Shown here: in pieces, positions 26,511-35,791 of the stretch
How the letters are laid out: each line of letters opens with the position of its first letter
Position numbering within the stretch: position 1 is the stretch's first letter
Assembly: GCA_965370045.1 (NCBI GenBank)
Contig: CBDUSI010000003.1
Span: 11,256-75,255 of the forward strand
DNA from: an uncultured bacterium
GTDB lineage: Bacteria > Planctomycetota > SZUA-567 > JAKLDR01
Reading direction: 5' to 3'
Length of the DNA stretch: 64,000 bases
Program-made: the position numbers and the translations under genes
Notes under the pieces: generated by a model
What the model saw: only the letters and a program-made list of their open reading frames with translations
The model's database searches: none
What the model was told of the DNA's origin: nothing

Positions 26511-26536
26511 GCGGCCCGGTCAAGTGACCGGGCCGC
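26511..26536. terminator. intrinsic terminator hairpin between convergent rplC and the GH20 operon
   Basis: Perfect 11-bp stem GCGGCCCGGTC-aagt-GACCGGGCCGC. On the minus strand it is followed by ATTGTTTTCAC, a T-run for the GH20 operon. There is no clear T-run on the plus side. Confidence 0.6.
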
Positions 26537-26562
26537 GGCAATATCGAACTTAAAAGCAGAAC

Positions 26563-27996
26563 CTAGCCTATGGCCCGGAGGATGTACAGCATGGACTGAC
26601 TGGCGCGGCCATGCGGTTTGGCGAAGCGCAGGGGGTCGCCCGGATGGCGGTCGCGGCCCCAGGCCTTCTCAACGCGTTTGTAGAGCGCCTTCGCCCCGGG
26701 GACGCCCTTCTTCCTGCCGCGCATACCGTAGCGCGCCAGGGCCAGAATGTTCTCGGCGGCCAGGACCACGTCCCCGTAGCGCTCGCGGTTGCGGCGGACC
26801 TTGGGGCGCTCGCGCTTCAGCGCGGCGACGGCCGTCTTCATCTTCTCGGCCATCAGCCGGCAGCGGCGGAGGTCCTCGCGACCGAAGGCGTTGCCCGGCC
26901 GGTCGCGGCCCAGCGCCAGGCGCTGCAGGAAGCGCTGGTCGAGGCCCGAGTCGTAGAGGCCGGCCAGCGCCGCGCCGACGGCCCGGCCGCTCTTGAGGCC
27001 GTAGAAGCGCGCGGCGAAGCGCGTGGCGAGGTCCGGGTCCTCGGCGTTGGAGGTAAAGAGGTGCCCGCCCAGGGCCAAGCCGTAGTCGATGGCCCCGGGC
27101 AGGTAGCGCCAGGGACACCACACGGTATTGACCAGGCCGACCAGGCCGCGCTTCCTCGCCGCCAGGCTGCGCGAGCTGGCCGTGCGCATGTTGGCCAGGT
27201 TCTCGGCGTAGGGCGCGAAGACCGTGCCGGCCTTGCTGAGCGCCGGACAGGCGGCGACCTCGAAGCCGGCGGAGAGGAAGAGGTCCGCGTTGCGCTCGTT
27301 GTACTCGGCGGCGTAGTCCCAGTTGAACATGAGCACGTCGCGCTCCAGGCGCTTCATGATTTCGGGATGGTGGACCACGTGATCACCCCACATGGCCGGC
27401 CGGCGGCCGAGCTTGCGGACCTCGGCGTGGACCCAGCGGGCGTGCGAGGCGTAGCGCTTCCAGTCGGGGGCGCGCGCGCCGTACTTCCGGCGGCAGCGCG
27501 GGCAGTTGCCCAGCTGGACCTCGTCGAGGCCCACGTGGATTACGGGATAGTCGAAGATCGCGGCCACGTCGGCCAGCAGCTCGGAGATCAGCTCCCGGGT
27601 CCCGGGGTGCGCGGGACACAGGGCGTTGTAGTCGTGGTCGGGCAGCCCCCGGGGCGGCGGCTCGGCCAGCTGCCGGTGCCGGCGGTGGGTGAAGATCAAC
27701 CGGGAGTGGCCCAGGGCCTCGATCTCGGGCATGACCGCGATGCCCAGCGAGCGGGCCAGTTCCACGAACTCGCGCATCTCATCGGCCGTGAAGGCGCCGG
27801 GAGAGGCCAGCTCGGGGTGCGCGGGGAAGCGCAGCGCGCAGCGCTCGTCGTCGATGAGGTGAAGGTGAACCAGGTTGTAGCCCCACTCGGCCAGCCAGGG
27901 CAGGAGCAGCGTGTAGTACTCCTTGCGCTCGACGACCCGGCCGGGGTCGAGCATGACCCCGCGCAGCTTGAAGGCGGGCGACTTCCTCTTGCTCAA
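26563..27996 (-). CDS. glycoside hydrolase family 20-like (beta-N-acetylhexosaminidase catalytic domain)
   Basis: TTG start overlaps the regulator stop (TTGA). FKLRGVMLDPGR, VHLHLIDDE, MPEIEALGH and IHVGLDEV match GH20 TIM-barrel motifs. Confidence 0.7.
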   Translation of the reverse strand: MSKRKSPAFKLRGVMLDPGRVVERKEYYTLLLPWLAEWGYNLVHLHLIDDERCALRFPAHPELASPGAFTADEMREFVELARSLGIAVMPEIEALGHSRLIFTHRRHRQLAEPPPRGLPDHDYNALCPAHPGTRELISELLADVAAIFDYPVIHVGLDEVQLGNCPRCRRKYGARAPDWKRYASHARWVHAEVRKLGRRPAMWGDHVVHHPEIMKRLERDVLMFNWDYAAEYNERNADLFLSAGFEVAACPALSKAGTVFAPYAENLANMRTASSRSLAARKRGLVGLVNTVWCPWRYLPGAIDYGLALGGHLFTSNAEDPDLATRFAARFYGLKSGRAVGAALAGLYDSGLDQRFLQRLALGRDRPGNAFGREDLRRCRLMAEKMKTAVAALKRERPKVRRNRERYGDVVLAAENILALARYGMRGRKKGVPGAKALYKRVEKAWGRDRHPGDPLRFAKPHGRASQSMLYILRAIG

Positions 27997-29417
27997 GACT
28001 TTTCTCCCAAGTCGAACTCCTCTATCTTCTTGCGCAGCGTGGTGCGGTGCATGCCCAACAGCTTGGAGGCCCGCACCTGGTTGCCGCCGACGGCGGCGAG
28101 CACCTCGGCGATGGCCGCCCGTTCGGCCAGGCGCACGGCCTCGGCGTGGATGTCGGCGGTTTCCTTGCCCTCCGCGCCGGCGGCCTCGAAGCGCTCGCGG
28201 GCCAGGCGGCCGACCAGCCGTTCTATGTTCCCGGCCAGGCCCCCGGCGGCGGCGGCCGCGCCGCCGGCCGCACGGACCACGTGGCCGGGCAGGTGCTCGA
28301 CGGCCACGGTCCCCGAGCCGCGGGCCAGGGCGGCGGCGTGCTCCAGGCAGTTCTTGAGTTCGCGGACGTTGCCCGGCCAGTCGTACCGCTCGATGACCGC
28401 GAGGGCCTCGGGGCTGATCTCCACGCGCTCGGAGAGGAAGTGAGCGACCAGCAGGGGCACGTCCTCGGAGCGTTCGCGCAGGGGCGGCAGCTCTATGCGC
28501 AGGACGTCCAGGCGGTAGTAGAGGTCCTCGCGGAAGAGGCCGGCGGAGACCAGCTCGCGGAGGTCGCGGTTGGTGGCCGAGACCACCCGGGCATCGACCT
28601 CGCGGGTCTCCGACTCGCCCACGCGCTCGAAGCAGTGCGACTCCAGGAACCTGAGCAGCTTGACCTGCATGGCCGGGCTCATCTCGCTGACCTCGTCGAG
28701 GAGCAGCGTGCCGCCATCGGCGGCCTCCAGGCGTCCGGTGCGGCTAGCCACCGCGCCGGTGAAGGCCCCGCGGGCGTGGCCGAAGAGCTCGCTCTCCAGC
28801 AGCGTCTCGGGCAACCCCGCACAGTTGACGGCCACGAAGGGCCCACCGACGCGCTGGGAGTGGAGGTGGATGGCCCGGGCGGTGAGCTCCTTGCCGGTGC
28901 CGCTCTCGCCGAGGAGCAGCACGGTGGCTGCGCCCGCCGCGGCGGCGGCGATCTGGCGATAGAGCTCCTGCATGAGGGCGCTCCTGCCGACCAGCAGCGC
29001 CTCCGGCGGGAAGTCGGCGAGCTGCTCGCGGGCGGCCTGGAGCGTCGGCTGGCCAGCGCGCGCGGCCAGCGCGCGGCGGACCGTGGCGCGCACCGTCTCC
29101 AGACTGACCGGCTTCAAGAGGTAGTCGAAGGCCCCCCCGCGCACCGCCTCCACCGCGGTGGAGAGGGTGCCGTGGCCGGTCATGACCACCACCGGCGTGC
29201 CCGGCAGCATCCCCCGGAGCTTCTCGGCGGCGGCCAGGCCGTCCATGCCCGGCAGGCGCACGTCCATGAAGACCAAGTCCGGCTTCTCGCTCTCGGCCAG
29301 CTCCAGGCCCTCCTCGGCGCTGGAGGCGGCCAGCGCCCGATGCCCCTCCTTCTCGAGGAATCTCGCGAAAGCCCAGGAGACGCCGCTGTCGTCATCGACA
29401 ACCAGGACCGTGGCCAC
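27993..29417 (-). CDS. sigma-54-dependent response regulator (NtrC family)
   Basis: Receiver VLVVDDD..DLVFMDVRLPGMDG. AAA+ motif GESGTGKE. GAFTGA loop. C-terminal Fis-type HTH RASKLLGMHRTTLRKKI. Confidence 0.92.
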   Translation of the reverse strand: MATVLVVDDDSGVSWAFARFLEKEGHRALAASSAEEGLELAESEKPDLVFMDVRLPGMDGLAAAEKLRGMLPGTPVVVMTGHGTLSTAVEAVRGGAFDYLLKPVSLETVRATVRRALAARAGQPTLQAAREQLADFPPEALLVGRSALMQELYRQIAAAAAGAATVLLLGESGTGKELTARAIHLHSQRVGGPFVAVNCAGLPETLLESELFGHARGAFTGAVASRTGRLEAADGGTLLLDEVSEMSPAMQVKLLRFLESHCFERVGESETREVDARVVSATNRDLRELVSAGLFREDLYYRLDVLRIELPPLRERSEDVPLLVAHFLSERVEISPEALAVIERYDWPGNVRELKNCLEHAAALARGSGTVAVEHLPGHVVRAAGGAAAAAGGLAGNIERLVGRLARERFEAAGAEGKETADIHAEAVRLAERAAIAEVLAAVGGNQVRASKLLGMHRTTLRKKIEEFDLGEKS

Positions 29418-29420
29418 GCT

Positions 29421-30833
29421 CTACTCCTTCCAGGCCTCGAGCTCCAGGCGAAAGACCGCGCCGCCGCCCTCCGCCGTGCGGCAGACCAACGACCCGCCGT
29501 GCTCTTCGGCTATTCCGCGGGAGACGGCCAGGCCCAGCCCGGCGCCGCTCTGCTTGGTTGTATAGAATGGCGCGAAGATCTTTTCAAGCTCGGCGGCCCC
29601 CACCCCCGGCCCGCTGTCGGCGACCTCGACGCTGACGCGGCCCTCGCCGGCCGGCTCGACGCGCACGCTGACCCGGCCGCCCCGGGCCTGGGCCTGCATG
29701 GCGTTCAAGACCAGGTTGACCAGCACCTGCTTGATCTTGTTGCGGTCGGCACGCGCCGCGGGCGCGCTCTGGGCCTCGACCACCTCGGCCTTCACGTGGG
29801 CGTGTTCCAGCTGCCGCCTCATGAACTCCAGGACCTCGTGGGCCACTTCGGCGAGCTTCACCCGGGCGAAGACCGGCGGCGCCGGGCGCGCGAAGGAGAC
29901 CAGTTCATCGACCACCAGCTCCAGGCGCCCGAGCTCCTCGCGCACCGAGCGAAGCTCCTCGCGGCGCGACTCGTCCCGCTCCTCGGCGAGCAGCATCTCC
30001 ACGGTCATCTTGGCGCCGGTGAGGGGATTGCGGACCTCGTGGGCCAGGGCGGCGGCCATCTGCCCGGCGGCCGCGGCGCGCTCGCTCTTGACCAGCTCCG
30101 CGCGGCTCCTGGCCAGCGCGGCGGTCATGCGCTCCAGGCTCTCGGAGAGTTCCTCTATCTCCCGGCCGCCGCCGGACACATGGCGGAACTCCAGCCCGCC
30201 CTCGGCGGCGCGGCCGGCCTCGGCGGCCAGGCGGCGGACCGGCCGGGCCACGCCGGCGGCCAGCATCCAGGCCAGCAGCACCACGGCGCCGGCGCCGAGC
30301 AGCGCGGCCAGGAGCGCCGGCGTCACCGCCGCGGAGCGCACCCGGTCAATTTCCTCCTGGGGCACCAGCAGGAGCACCAGCTTGCGCCGGCCGCCCTCGG
30401 TCTGCCAGGCGCCGAATATCTGGAACCTGAGCCGGGGGCCGGCGGAAGCCCGTGGCAGGTCCTTGGCCACGGGGCCGGGCACGTAGGCCTCCGGGGTCTC
30501 GCTGATATACGGGGACTTGTCGGCGGTCAGCACATAGACCAGCTCGAAGTGGTCCGCCGAGGAAAGCGAGGAGATCAGCTCGTTTCTCTCCGGGTCGTAG
30601 CTGGCCACGTCCACGCCGACCACGCTCTTCATCTTGACCAGGATGTCCCGGTTGACCGCGAAGCCGGCGCCGCTGAGGCCTCGGGCCAGTTTCTCCATGC
30701 GTTCGTGGTAGGCGCGCTCGGCGGCCTCGCCCGCCCGCCAGAAGGCCAGGGCGGCGCTGGCCGCGCTGACCGCCAGGAAGAGCCCCCCGAAGGCCAGGGC
30801 CAGGCGGCTGGCGAGGCTCAGCGGCCGGCGCAC
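29421..30833 (-). CDS. sensor histidine kinase (two TM, periplasmic sensor, HAMP, HisKA, HATPase_c)
   Basis: H-box LAHEVRNPLTG, N-box LVNLVLNAMQA, DSGPGV, GAGLGLAVS. Confidence 0.9.
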   Translation of the reverse strand: MRRPLSLASRLALAFGGLFLAVSAASAALAFWRAGEAAERAYHERMEKLARGLSGAGFAVNRDILVKMKSVVGVDVASYDPERNELISSLSSADHFELVYVLTADKSPYISETPEAYVPGPVAKDLPRASAGPRLRFQIFGAWQTEGGRRKLVLLLVPQEEIDRVRSAAVTPALLAALLGAGAVVLLAWMLAAGVARPVRRLAAEAGRAAEGGLEFRHVSGGGREIEELSESLERMTAALARSRAELVKSERAAAAGQMAAALAHEVRNPLTGAKMTVEMLLAEERDESRREELRSVREELGRLELVVDELVSFARPAPPVFARVKLAEVAHEVLEFMRRQLEHAHVKAEVVEAQSAPAARADRNKIKQVLVNLVLNAMQAQARGGRVSVRVEPAGEGRVSVEVADSGPGVGAAELEKIFAPFYTTKQSGAGLGLAVSRGIAEEHGGSLVCRTAEGGGAVFRLELEAWKE

Positions 30834-30842
30834 GCGGACCCC

Positions 30843-31556
30843 TCAGTCCGCGATCCGGTAGCGGACGATCCAGTAGAGCGCGGCCAGCCCGTCGCGCCAG
30901 GTGATCTTCTTGCCCTCCTGGTAGGTGCGCCCGTGATAGCTGATGGGCACCTCGTAGATGCGTGCCCCGGCGTGGGCCAGCTTGGCGGTGACCTCCGGCT
31001 CGAAGCCGAAGCGGTCGCAGCGCAGCTCGAACTTGACGAGCAGGTCGCGGCGGACCGCCTTGTAGCAGGTCTCCATGTCGGTGAGGTTCAGGTTGGTGAG
31101 GACGTTGGAGAGCAGGGTGATCAGGCGGTTGCCCACGTAGTGCCAGAAGAAGAGCACCCGGTGCGAGCCGCCCAGGAAGCGCGAGCCGAAGACCGCGTCG
31201 GCCGCCCCGGACTCGATGGGCGCGATGAGCTTCCCGTACTCGGCGGGGTCGTACTCCAGGTCGGCGTCCTGGATGATCACGATGCGCCCCCGGGCCGCGG
31301 CGAACCCACGGCGCAGGGCCGCGCCCTTGCCGGCGTTCTTCTCCTGGTAAAGGACCTGGTAGCCGGGCCGCGACTCGTAGGCGGAGAGCAGGTCCCGGCT
31401 GCCATCGGTGGAGCCGTCGTCGACGACCACGATCTCCTTGTCGGCGGGCTCGGCGCGCTCCACCCGGGAGAGCAGCTCCGACAGCGTCTGCCGCTCGTTG
31501 TAGACCGGCACGATCACCGAGAGGCGCGGCGCGCGCTCGGCGCTCTCCTGGTTCAC
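30843..31556 (-). CDS. glycosyltransferase family 2 (polyprenyl-phosphate sugar synthase-like)
   Basis: GTG 31556 overlaps the lgt stop (GTGA). [32 protein letters not shown]. The remaining 500 codons of the 745-aa track ORF are shadow over lgt/panC. Confidence 0.88.
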   Translation of the reverse strand: MNQESAERAPRLSVIVPVYNERQTLSELLSRVERAEPADKEIVVVDDGSTDGSRDLLSAYESRPGYQVLYQEKNAGKGAALRRGFAAARGRIVIIQDADLEYDPAEYGKLIAPIESGAADAVFGSRFLGGSHRVLFFWHYVGNRLITLLSNVLTNLNLTDMETCYKAVRRDLLVKFELRCDRFGFEPEVTAKLAHAGARIYEVPISYHGRTYQEGKKITWRDGLAALYWIVRYRIAD

Positions 31557-32458
31557 GACGCCTCCTTCCGTGCGGGCCGGGGCTTCTCGCCCTCCGGCGG
31601 GGGTTGGTACGGGGCGCGCCCGCGGCGCCAGGCGACCGCCAGCGCGACGGCGAAGCCGGCGAAGAGCAGGATGCTCATGCACTGGAAGACGGTCAGGGAG
31701 CCGAACTCCGGTCGCCAGGGCCCGCTGTCCGCCCGGAAGAACTCGTTGCAGAAGCGCCAGGCGGAGTAGAGCAGGCCGAAAATGGCGGCGATCTGGCCGG
31801 CGAACTTGCGTTTCGGGTACAGCAGCCAAAGCGTCAGGAAGATGCTCAGCGCGGCGAGCGTCTCGTAGAGCTGCACGGGGTGCACCGGGAGCGGCGGGTC
31901 GCCGTAGGTGATCAACCCCGCGATGCGCTGCTGGGTGTGGACGTGGGAGTACTCCGGGAAGCGCACCGCCCAGGGCAGCGAGCTGGGTTTCCCGAAGCAG
32001 CAGCCGTTCAGGAAGCAGCCGATGCGGGTCATGGCCAGGCCCAGCGCCGCGCCGGGGACTGAGAAGTCGAGCATGTCCACCAGGGGAATCTTCCTGCGCC
32101 GCGCGTAGATCCACAGCGCCAGCATGGCCCCGCCGAGCCCTCCGTAGAAGACCAGCCCGCCTCTCCATGTGGAGATGACCCGGACGAAGCTGGCCCCCAC
32201 CCACTTGAAGAAGCCGACGTCCTCGGGCCACTCGAAGTAGAAGCCCAGGTTGAGGCCGACGTGCAGCAGCCGCGCGCCGAGGATGCCGCCGATCACCGCG
32301 AAGAAGCCCAGGTCGAAAATCTGGGCCTTCTCCAGGCCCAGGCACTTGGCCCGCCGGCGGGTGAAGAGGACCCCCAGCAGGAACCCGATCATCAGCATGG
32401 TCCCGTAGGCGGGTACGCCCCTGTTGATGAGCGGGATTCTGAAGAGCTCCGGGTACAT
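31553..32458 (-). CDS. lgt: prolipoprotein diacylglyceryl transferase
   Basis: [40 protein letters not shown]; polytopic. Confidence 0.9.
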   Translation of the reverse strand: MYPELFRIPLINRGVPAYGTMLMIGFLLGVLFTRRRAKCLGLEKAQIFDLGFFAVIGGILGARLLHVGLNLGFYFEWPEDVGFFKWVGASFVRVISTWRGGLVFYGGLGGAMLALWIYARRRKIPLVDMLDFSVPGAALGLAMTRIGCFLNGCCFGKPSSLPWAVRFPEYSHVHTQQRIAGLITYGDPPLPVHPVQLYETLAALSIFLTLWLLYPKRKFAGQIAAIFGLLYSAWRFCNEFFRADSGPWRPEFGSLTVFQCMSILLFAGFAVALAVAWRRGRAPYQPPPEGEKPRPARKEAS

Positions 32459-32461
32459 GGC

Positions 32462-33331
32462 TCAGGCCTCTCGCCCCGGCGGCGCCAGCAGCTGGTTGTC
32501 GATCAGCCGGGCCTTCCCGACATGCACGGCCAGCGCGGCCAGCGCCGGGCGGTCGAGCCCGCTCATGTCCTCGAACGATTCGGGGTCTACCACCGCGGCG
32601 TAGTCCAGCTCGCAGAGCGGATCCATGACTACTTCCTCGGCCATGGCCGCGGCGATAGTGGTAGCGCGCCGCTCGCCGCCCGCGACCATCTCCGCGGCCT
32701 TCTCCAGCGCGCGGTGGAGCGCCAGCGCCGCCTCGCGCTCGGCGGGCGAGAGATAGGCGTTCCGCGAGCTCATGGCCAAGCCGTCGGGCTCGCGGACCGT
32801 GGGGCAGACCACTATCTTGGCACCGAAGTCCAGGTCGCGGACCATCCCCTTGATGACCGCGGCCTGTTGGGCGTCCTTCTGGCCGAAGTAGGCCCGGTCC
32901 GGAAGGACTATGTTGAAAAGCTTGGCGACAACGGTGCAAACCCCCCGGAAGTGGCCGGGGCGGCTCATGCCATCGAGGCGCTGGGCGACCGCGCCGGCCT
33001 CCACGAAGGTGACCGCGTCGGCCGGATACATGACCCCGGTCTCCGGCGCGAAGACCGCGTCGACCTTCTCGGCGGCGCACAACTCCATATCTTCTTCCAG
33101 CTTCCGGGGATACTTCCCGTAGTCATCACCGGGACCGAACTGCGCCGGGTTGACGAAGACGCTGACCGCCAGGAAGTCGTTCTCCTCCCGGGCGCGGCGC
33201 ACCAGCGACATGTGCCCGGCGTGCAGGGCGCCCATAGTAGGCACCAGCCCCACGGTCTTGCCCGCGGCGCGCATCTCCAGCGATAGCTCGCGCATCGCGG
33301 CGGGGTCGGCGATCTCGCGGGGAGCCGCCAT
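32462..33331 (-). CDS. panC: pantoate--beta-alanine ligase
   Basis: [26 protein letters not shown], 289 aa. Confidence 0.93.
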   Translation of the reverse strand: MAAPREIADPAAMRELSLEMRAAGKTVGLVPTMGALHAGHMSLVRRAREENDFLAVSVFVNPAQFGPGDDYGKYPRKLEEDMELCAAEKVDAVFAPETGVMYPADAVTFVEAGAVAQRLDGMSRPGHFRGVCTVVAKLFNIVLPDRAYFGQKDAQQAAVIKGMVRDLDFGAKIVVCPTVREPDGLAMSSRNAYLSPAEREAALALHRALEKAAEMVAGGERRATTIAAAMAEEVVMDPLCELDYAAVVDPESFEDMSGLDRPALAALAVHVGKARLIDNQLLAPPGREA

Positions 33332-33334
33332 CGC

Positions 33335-34474
33335 TCACGTCCCCGCCGGCGGCCAGGGAAGTTGGTTGAGCCCCGGCCGTAGCTGGCCGAGGGCCTCGAG
33401 GACCGCGGCGAGCTCGCCGGAGCCGCGGACCAGGTCCATGTGGTCGGTGTCGATGACCAGAACCGGCTGGCCGGCCGGCCGGCGGAAGTGCTCGGCGTAA
33501 GCCATCGACAGGCGCTCGATGTAGGCCGGCAACTCATCGCCCAGCTCGTAGGCGATGCCCCGGCGGCGGACGCGGTCGAGAAGCTCCGGCAGCCCGGCGC
33601 GCAGGTAGATGACCGCGTCGGGCTCCGGCAGCCGCTGGCTGATACCCTCCTCCAGGCGCAGGTAGAGGACCAGCTCCTCGACGGAGAGGTTGATGCTCGC
33701 GAAGATGCGGTCCTTCGCGAAGAAGTAATCGGCTACCGCGCCGGGACTGAAGAGGTCGCCCTGGGCCAGCTCGGAGAGCTGCCGCCAGCGGTCGAGCAGG
33801 AAGGCCACCTGGGCGTGGAAGGCCCAGCGCCGCCGGTCCTTGTACATCAGCGGCAGGAAGGGATTCGACTCCGGGGCCTCCAGCACCAGGCGGTAGCCCA
33901 GCTCGTGGGCCAGGCGCGCGGCCAGCGTGGTCTTGCCCACGCCCATGGGGCCCTCAACGGCGATGTGCTTGAAAGCCAGCTTGGCATGCGGACTCTCGGC
34001 CGGCCCGCGCCCGGCGCTGAAGGCCGCCCACAGCTCGGCGACGGTCTTGCCCGTGCCGGGCACGGCCAAGCCGGGCGCGATCTCCGCCAGGGGTCCGAGC
34101 ACGAAGCCGCGCTCGGCAATGCGCGGGTGGGGTACGGTGAGGTCGGGGGCGTCTATCACCCGCTGGCCGTAGACCAGAATGTCCAGGTCCACGGTGCGCG
34201 GCGCGTCGCGCCCGCCGGAGCGGTCCCGGCCCAGAGCGGTCTCCACCTCGCGGCAGACTTCCAGGAGCTCCCGGGGAGAGAGGTCGGTCTCGACCAGCGC
34301 CGCGCCGTTGAGGAACCGGGGGCCCCCCGCCGGGCCGCCGACCGGGTCGCTCTCGATCAGCGCGCTGACCACGCGCACGCCCACCCCGCGCGCGCCGAGC
34401 ACCTCCAGGGCCTGGCGGATGTTGGCCTCGCGCTCGCCGAGGTTGGCACCCAGACCCAGGTAGACTGTGGGCAT
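33335..34474 (-). CDS. folK: fusion protein: 6-hydroxymethyl-dihydropterin pyrophosphokinase (FolK) + deoxynucleoside-kinase-family P-loop domain
   Basis: The N-terminal ~160 aa read VYLGLGANLG..R.LDLDILVYG..TVPHPRIAERGFVLGPL (HPPK). The C-terminal ~210 aa read IAVEGPMGVGKTT, ADYFFAKDRIFA, LDRVRRRGIAYE (dNK P-loop, DRx-like and LID motifs). It is a single uninterrupted frame. Confidence 0.8.
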   Translation of the reverse strand: MPTVYLGLGANLGEREANIRQALEVLGARGVGVRVVSALIESDPVGGPAGGPRFLNGAALVETDLSPRELLEVCREVETALGRDRSGGRDAPRTVDLDILVYGQRVIDAPDLTVPHPRIAERGFVLGPLAEIAPGLAVPGTGKTVAELWAAFSAGRGPAESPHAKLAFKHIAVEGPMGVGKTTLAARLAHELGYRLVLEAPESNPFLPLMYKDRRRWAFHAQVAFLLDRWRQLSELAQGDLFSPGAVADYFFAKDRIFASINLSVEELVLYLRLEEGISQRLPEPDAVIYLRAGLPELLDRVRRRGIAYELGDELPAYIERLSMAYAEHFRRPAGQPVLVIDTDHMDLVRGSGELAAVLEALGQLRPGLNQLPWPPAGT

Positions 34475-34522
34475 GTTTACTCCAGTGGCCGGTTGTCAGT
34501 TACCGGTTGCCGGTTCCGCCGG

Positions 34523-35692
34523 CTACCAGGCTATCTTTCCGATGCGCTCGGCGGCCTCGGCCAAGCGCTCCTCCGGGACGGTCAGCGCCGCGCGCAGGAA
34601 GCCCTCGCCGGGCTCGCCGAAGCCCGCCCCGGGGATGAGCACCACGTCGGCCTCCTCCAGGATACGCCCCGCGGCGTCGAAGCTGGGCAGGCCCTTGGGG
34701 GTCGGGAACCACACGTAGAAGGTGGCCGCCGGCTTGGGGGCCTCCAGGCCCAGAGCGGCGAGGTTGTCGCAGAAGGCATCGCGGCGCTTCTGGTACATGG
34801 CGCGCAGCCGGGGCACGAACTCGTCGTACTTCTCAAGCGCCTTTATGGCCGCCAGCTGGATGGCCGTGAAGATGCCGCTGTCGAGGTTGCTCTTGATGCG
34901 CCCCAGCCCGGCGCAGAGGTCGGCGGCGCCGGCCGCGAAGGCCACCCGCCAGCCGGTCATGTTGAAGGTCTTCGACCAGGAGTGGAACTCGATGGTGCGC
35001 TCGCGGGCGCCGGGAATCGAGAGCAGGCTTATGGGTTCGGCGCCGTCGAAGGCCAGCTCCGCGTAGGCCGCGTCACTGGCTATGATCAGGTCGTGCTTCC
35101 CGGCGAAGGCCACCAGCTCCTTGTAGAACTCCTCGGTCGCGACGGCCCCGGTGGGGTTGTTGGGATAGTTGACGTAAATGAGGCGCGCGCGCTTGGCGTC
35201 GGCCGCGCTGATGGCCGAGAGGTCGGGCAGGAAGCCATTTTCACGTTTGAGGGGCATGTAGACCGGATCGGCGCCGGCGAAGATGGTCCCCGAGCGGTAG
35301 GGCGGATAGCCGGGCACGGGGATCAGCGCCGCGTCCCCGGGGTTCAGGAAGGCCAGCGGCAAGTGGCCGATGGCCTCCTTGCTGCCGATGGTCGGGAATA
35401 CCTCCGCGTCGGGATCCAGCTCCACGCCGAAGCGCTTCGCGAACCAGCCGGCGGTGGCCCGGCGCAGCTCGGGTTGGCCGTCGTCCAGGGCGTAGGTGTG
35501 GGTCCTGGGATCCTGGGCGAACTTGTACAGCGCGTCGATGACGAACTTGGGCGTGGGCGTGTCCGGGTCGCCGATGCCCAGGTTGATGACGTCGCGACCA
35601 GCGGCCATCGCCGCCTTTTTCTTCTTGTCGATCTCCGAAAAGAGATACGGCGGCAGCTTCTGGAGGCGTTCGGCAACGCTGAACTTGGCCAC
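34523..35692 (-). CDS. dapL: class I aminotransferase, LL-diaminopimelate aminotransferase (DapL)-like
   Basis: GTG 35692 preceded by GGGAGGGAG. LQKLPPYLFSEIDKKK, NYPNNPTG, PLP-lysine motif SWSKTFNMTGWR. Confidence 0.7.
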   Translation of the reverse strand: MAKFSVAERLQKLPPYLFSEIDKKKKAAMAAGRDVINLGIGDPDTPTPKFVIDALYKFAQDPRTHTYALDDGQPELRRATAGWFAKRFGVELDPDAEVFPTIGSKEAIGHLPLAFLNPGDAALIPVPGYPPYRSGTIFAGADPVYMPLKRENGFLPDLSAISAADAKRARLIYVNYPNNPTGAVATEEFYKELVAFAGKHDLIIASDAAYAELAFDGAEPISLLSIPGARERTIEFHSWSKTFNMTGWRVAFAAGAADLCAGLGRIKSNLDSGIFTAIQLAAIKALEKYDEFVPRLRAMYQKRRDAFCDNLAALGLEAPKPAATFYVWFPTPKGLPSFDAAGRILEEADVVLIPGAGFGEPGEGFLRAALTVPEERLAEAAERIGKIAW

Positions 35693-35732
35693 GGGCTCCC
35701 TCCCAACGGTGTCGGATTTCTGTCCAGCGCCT

Positions 35733-35761
35733 ACCTTAGCGCCGGACCGGGCGCCAGTCAA
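35733..35761 (-). promoter_or_regulatory. candidate sigma70-type promoter for the dapL-like gene
   Basis: Minus strand reads TTGACT-17 nt-TAAGGT, about 40 nt upstream of GTG 35692. Confidence 0.5.
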
Positions 35762-35791
35762 CATATTTGGCCGAAGTCGTCCTGGTCGCGC

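Noticed and set aside
25594-26541. 315-aa minus-strand ORF
   Set aside because: It is antisense to an unmistakable rplC, has a low-complexity translation, and spans the terminator hairpin.
28047-31769. 1240-aa plus-strand ORF, the longest in the track
   Set aside because: It lies antisense to four well-supported minus-strand genes (NtrC-type regulator, histidine kinase, GT2, lgt). Its translation is low-complexity Gly/Ala/Arg/Pro/His-rich with no motif. This is the typical stop-free shadow frame of high-GC DNA.
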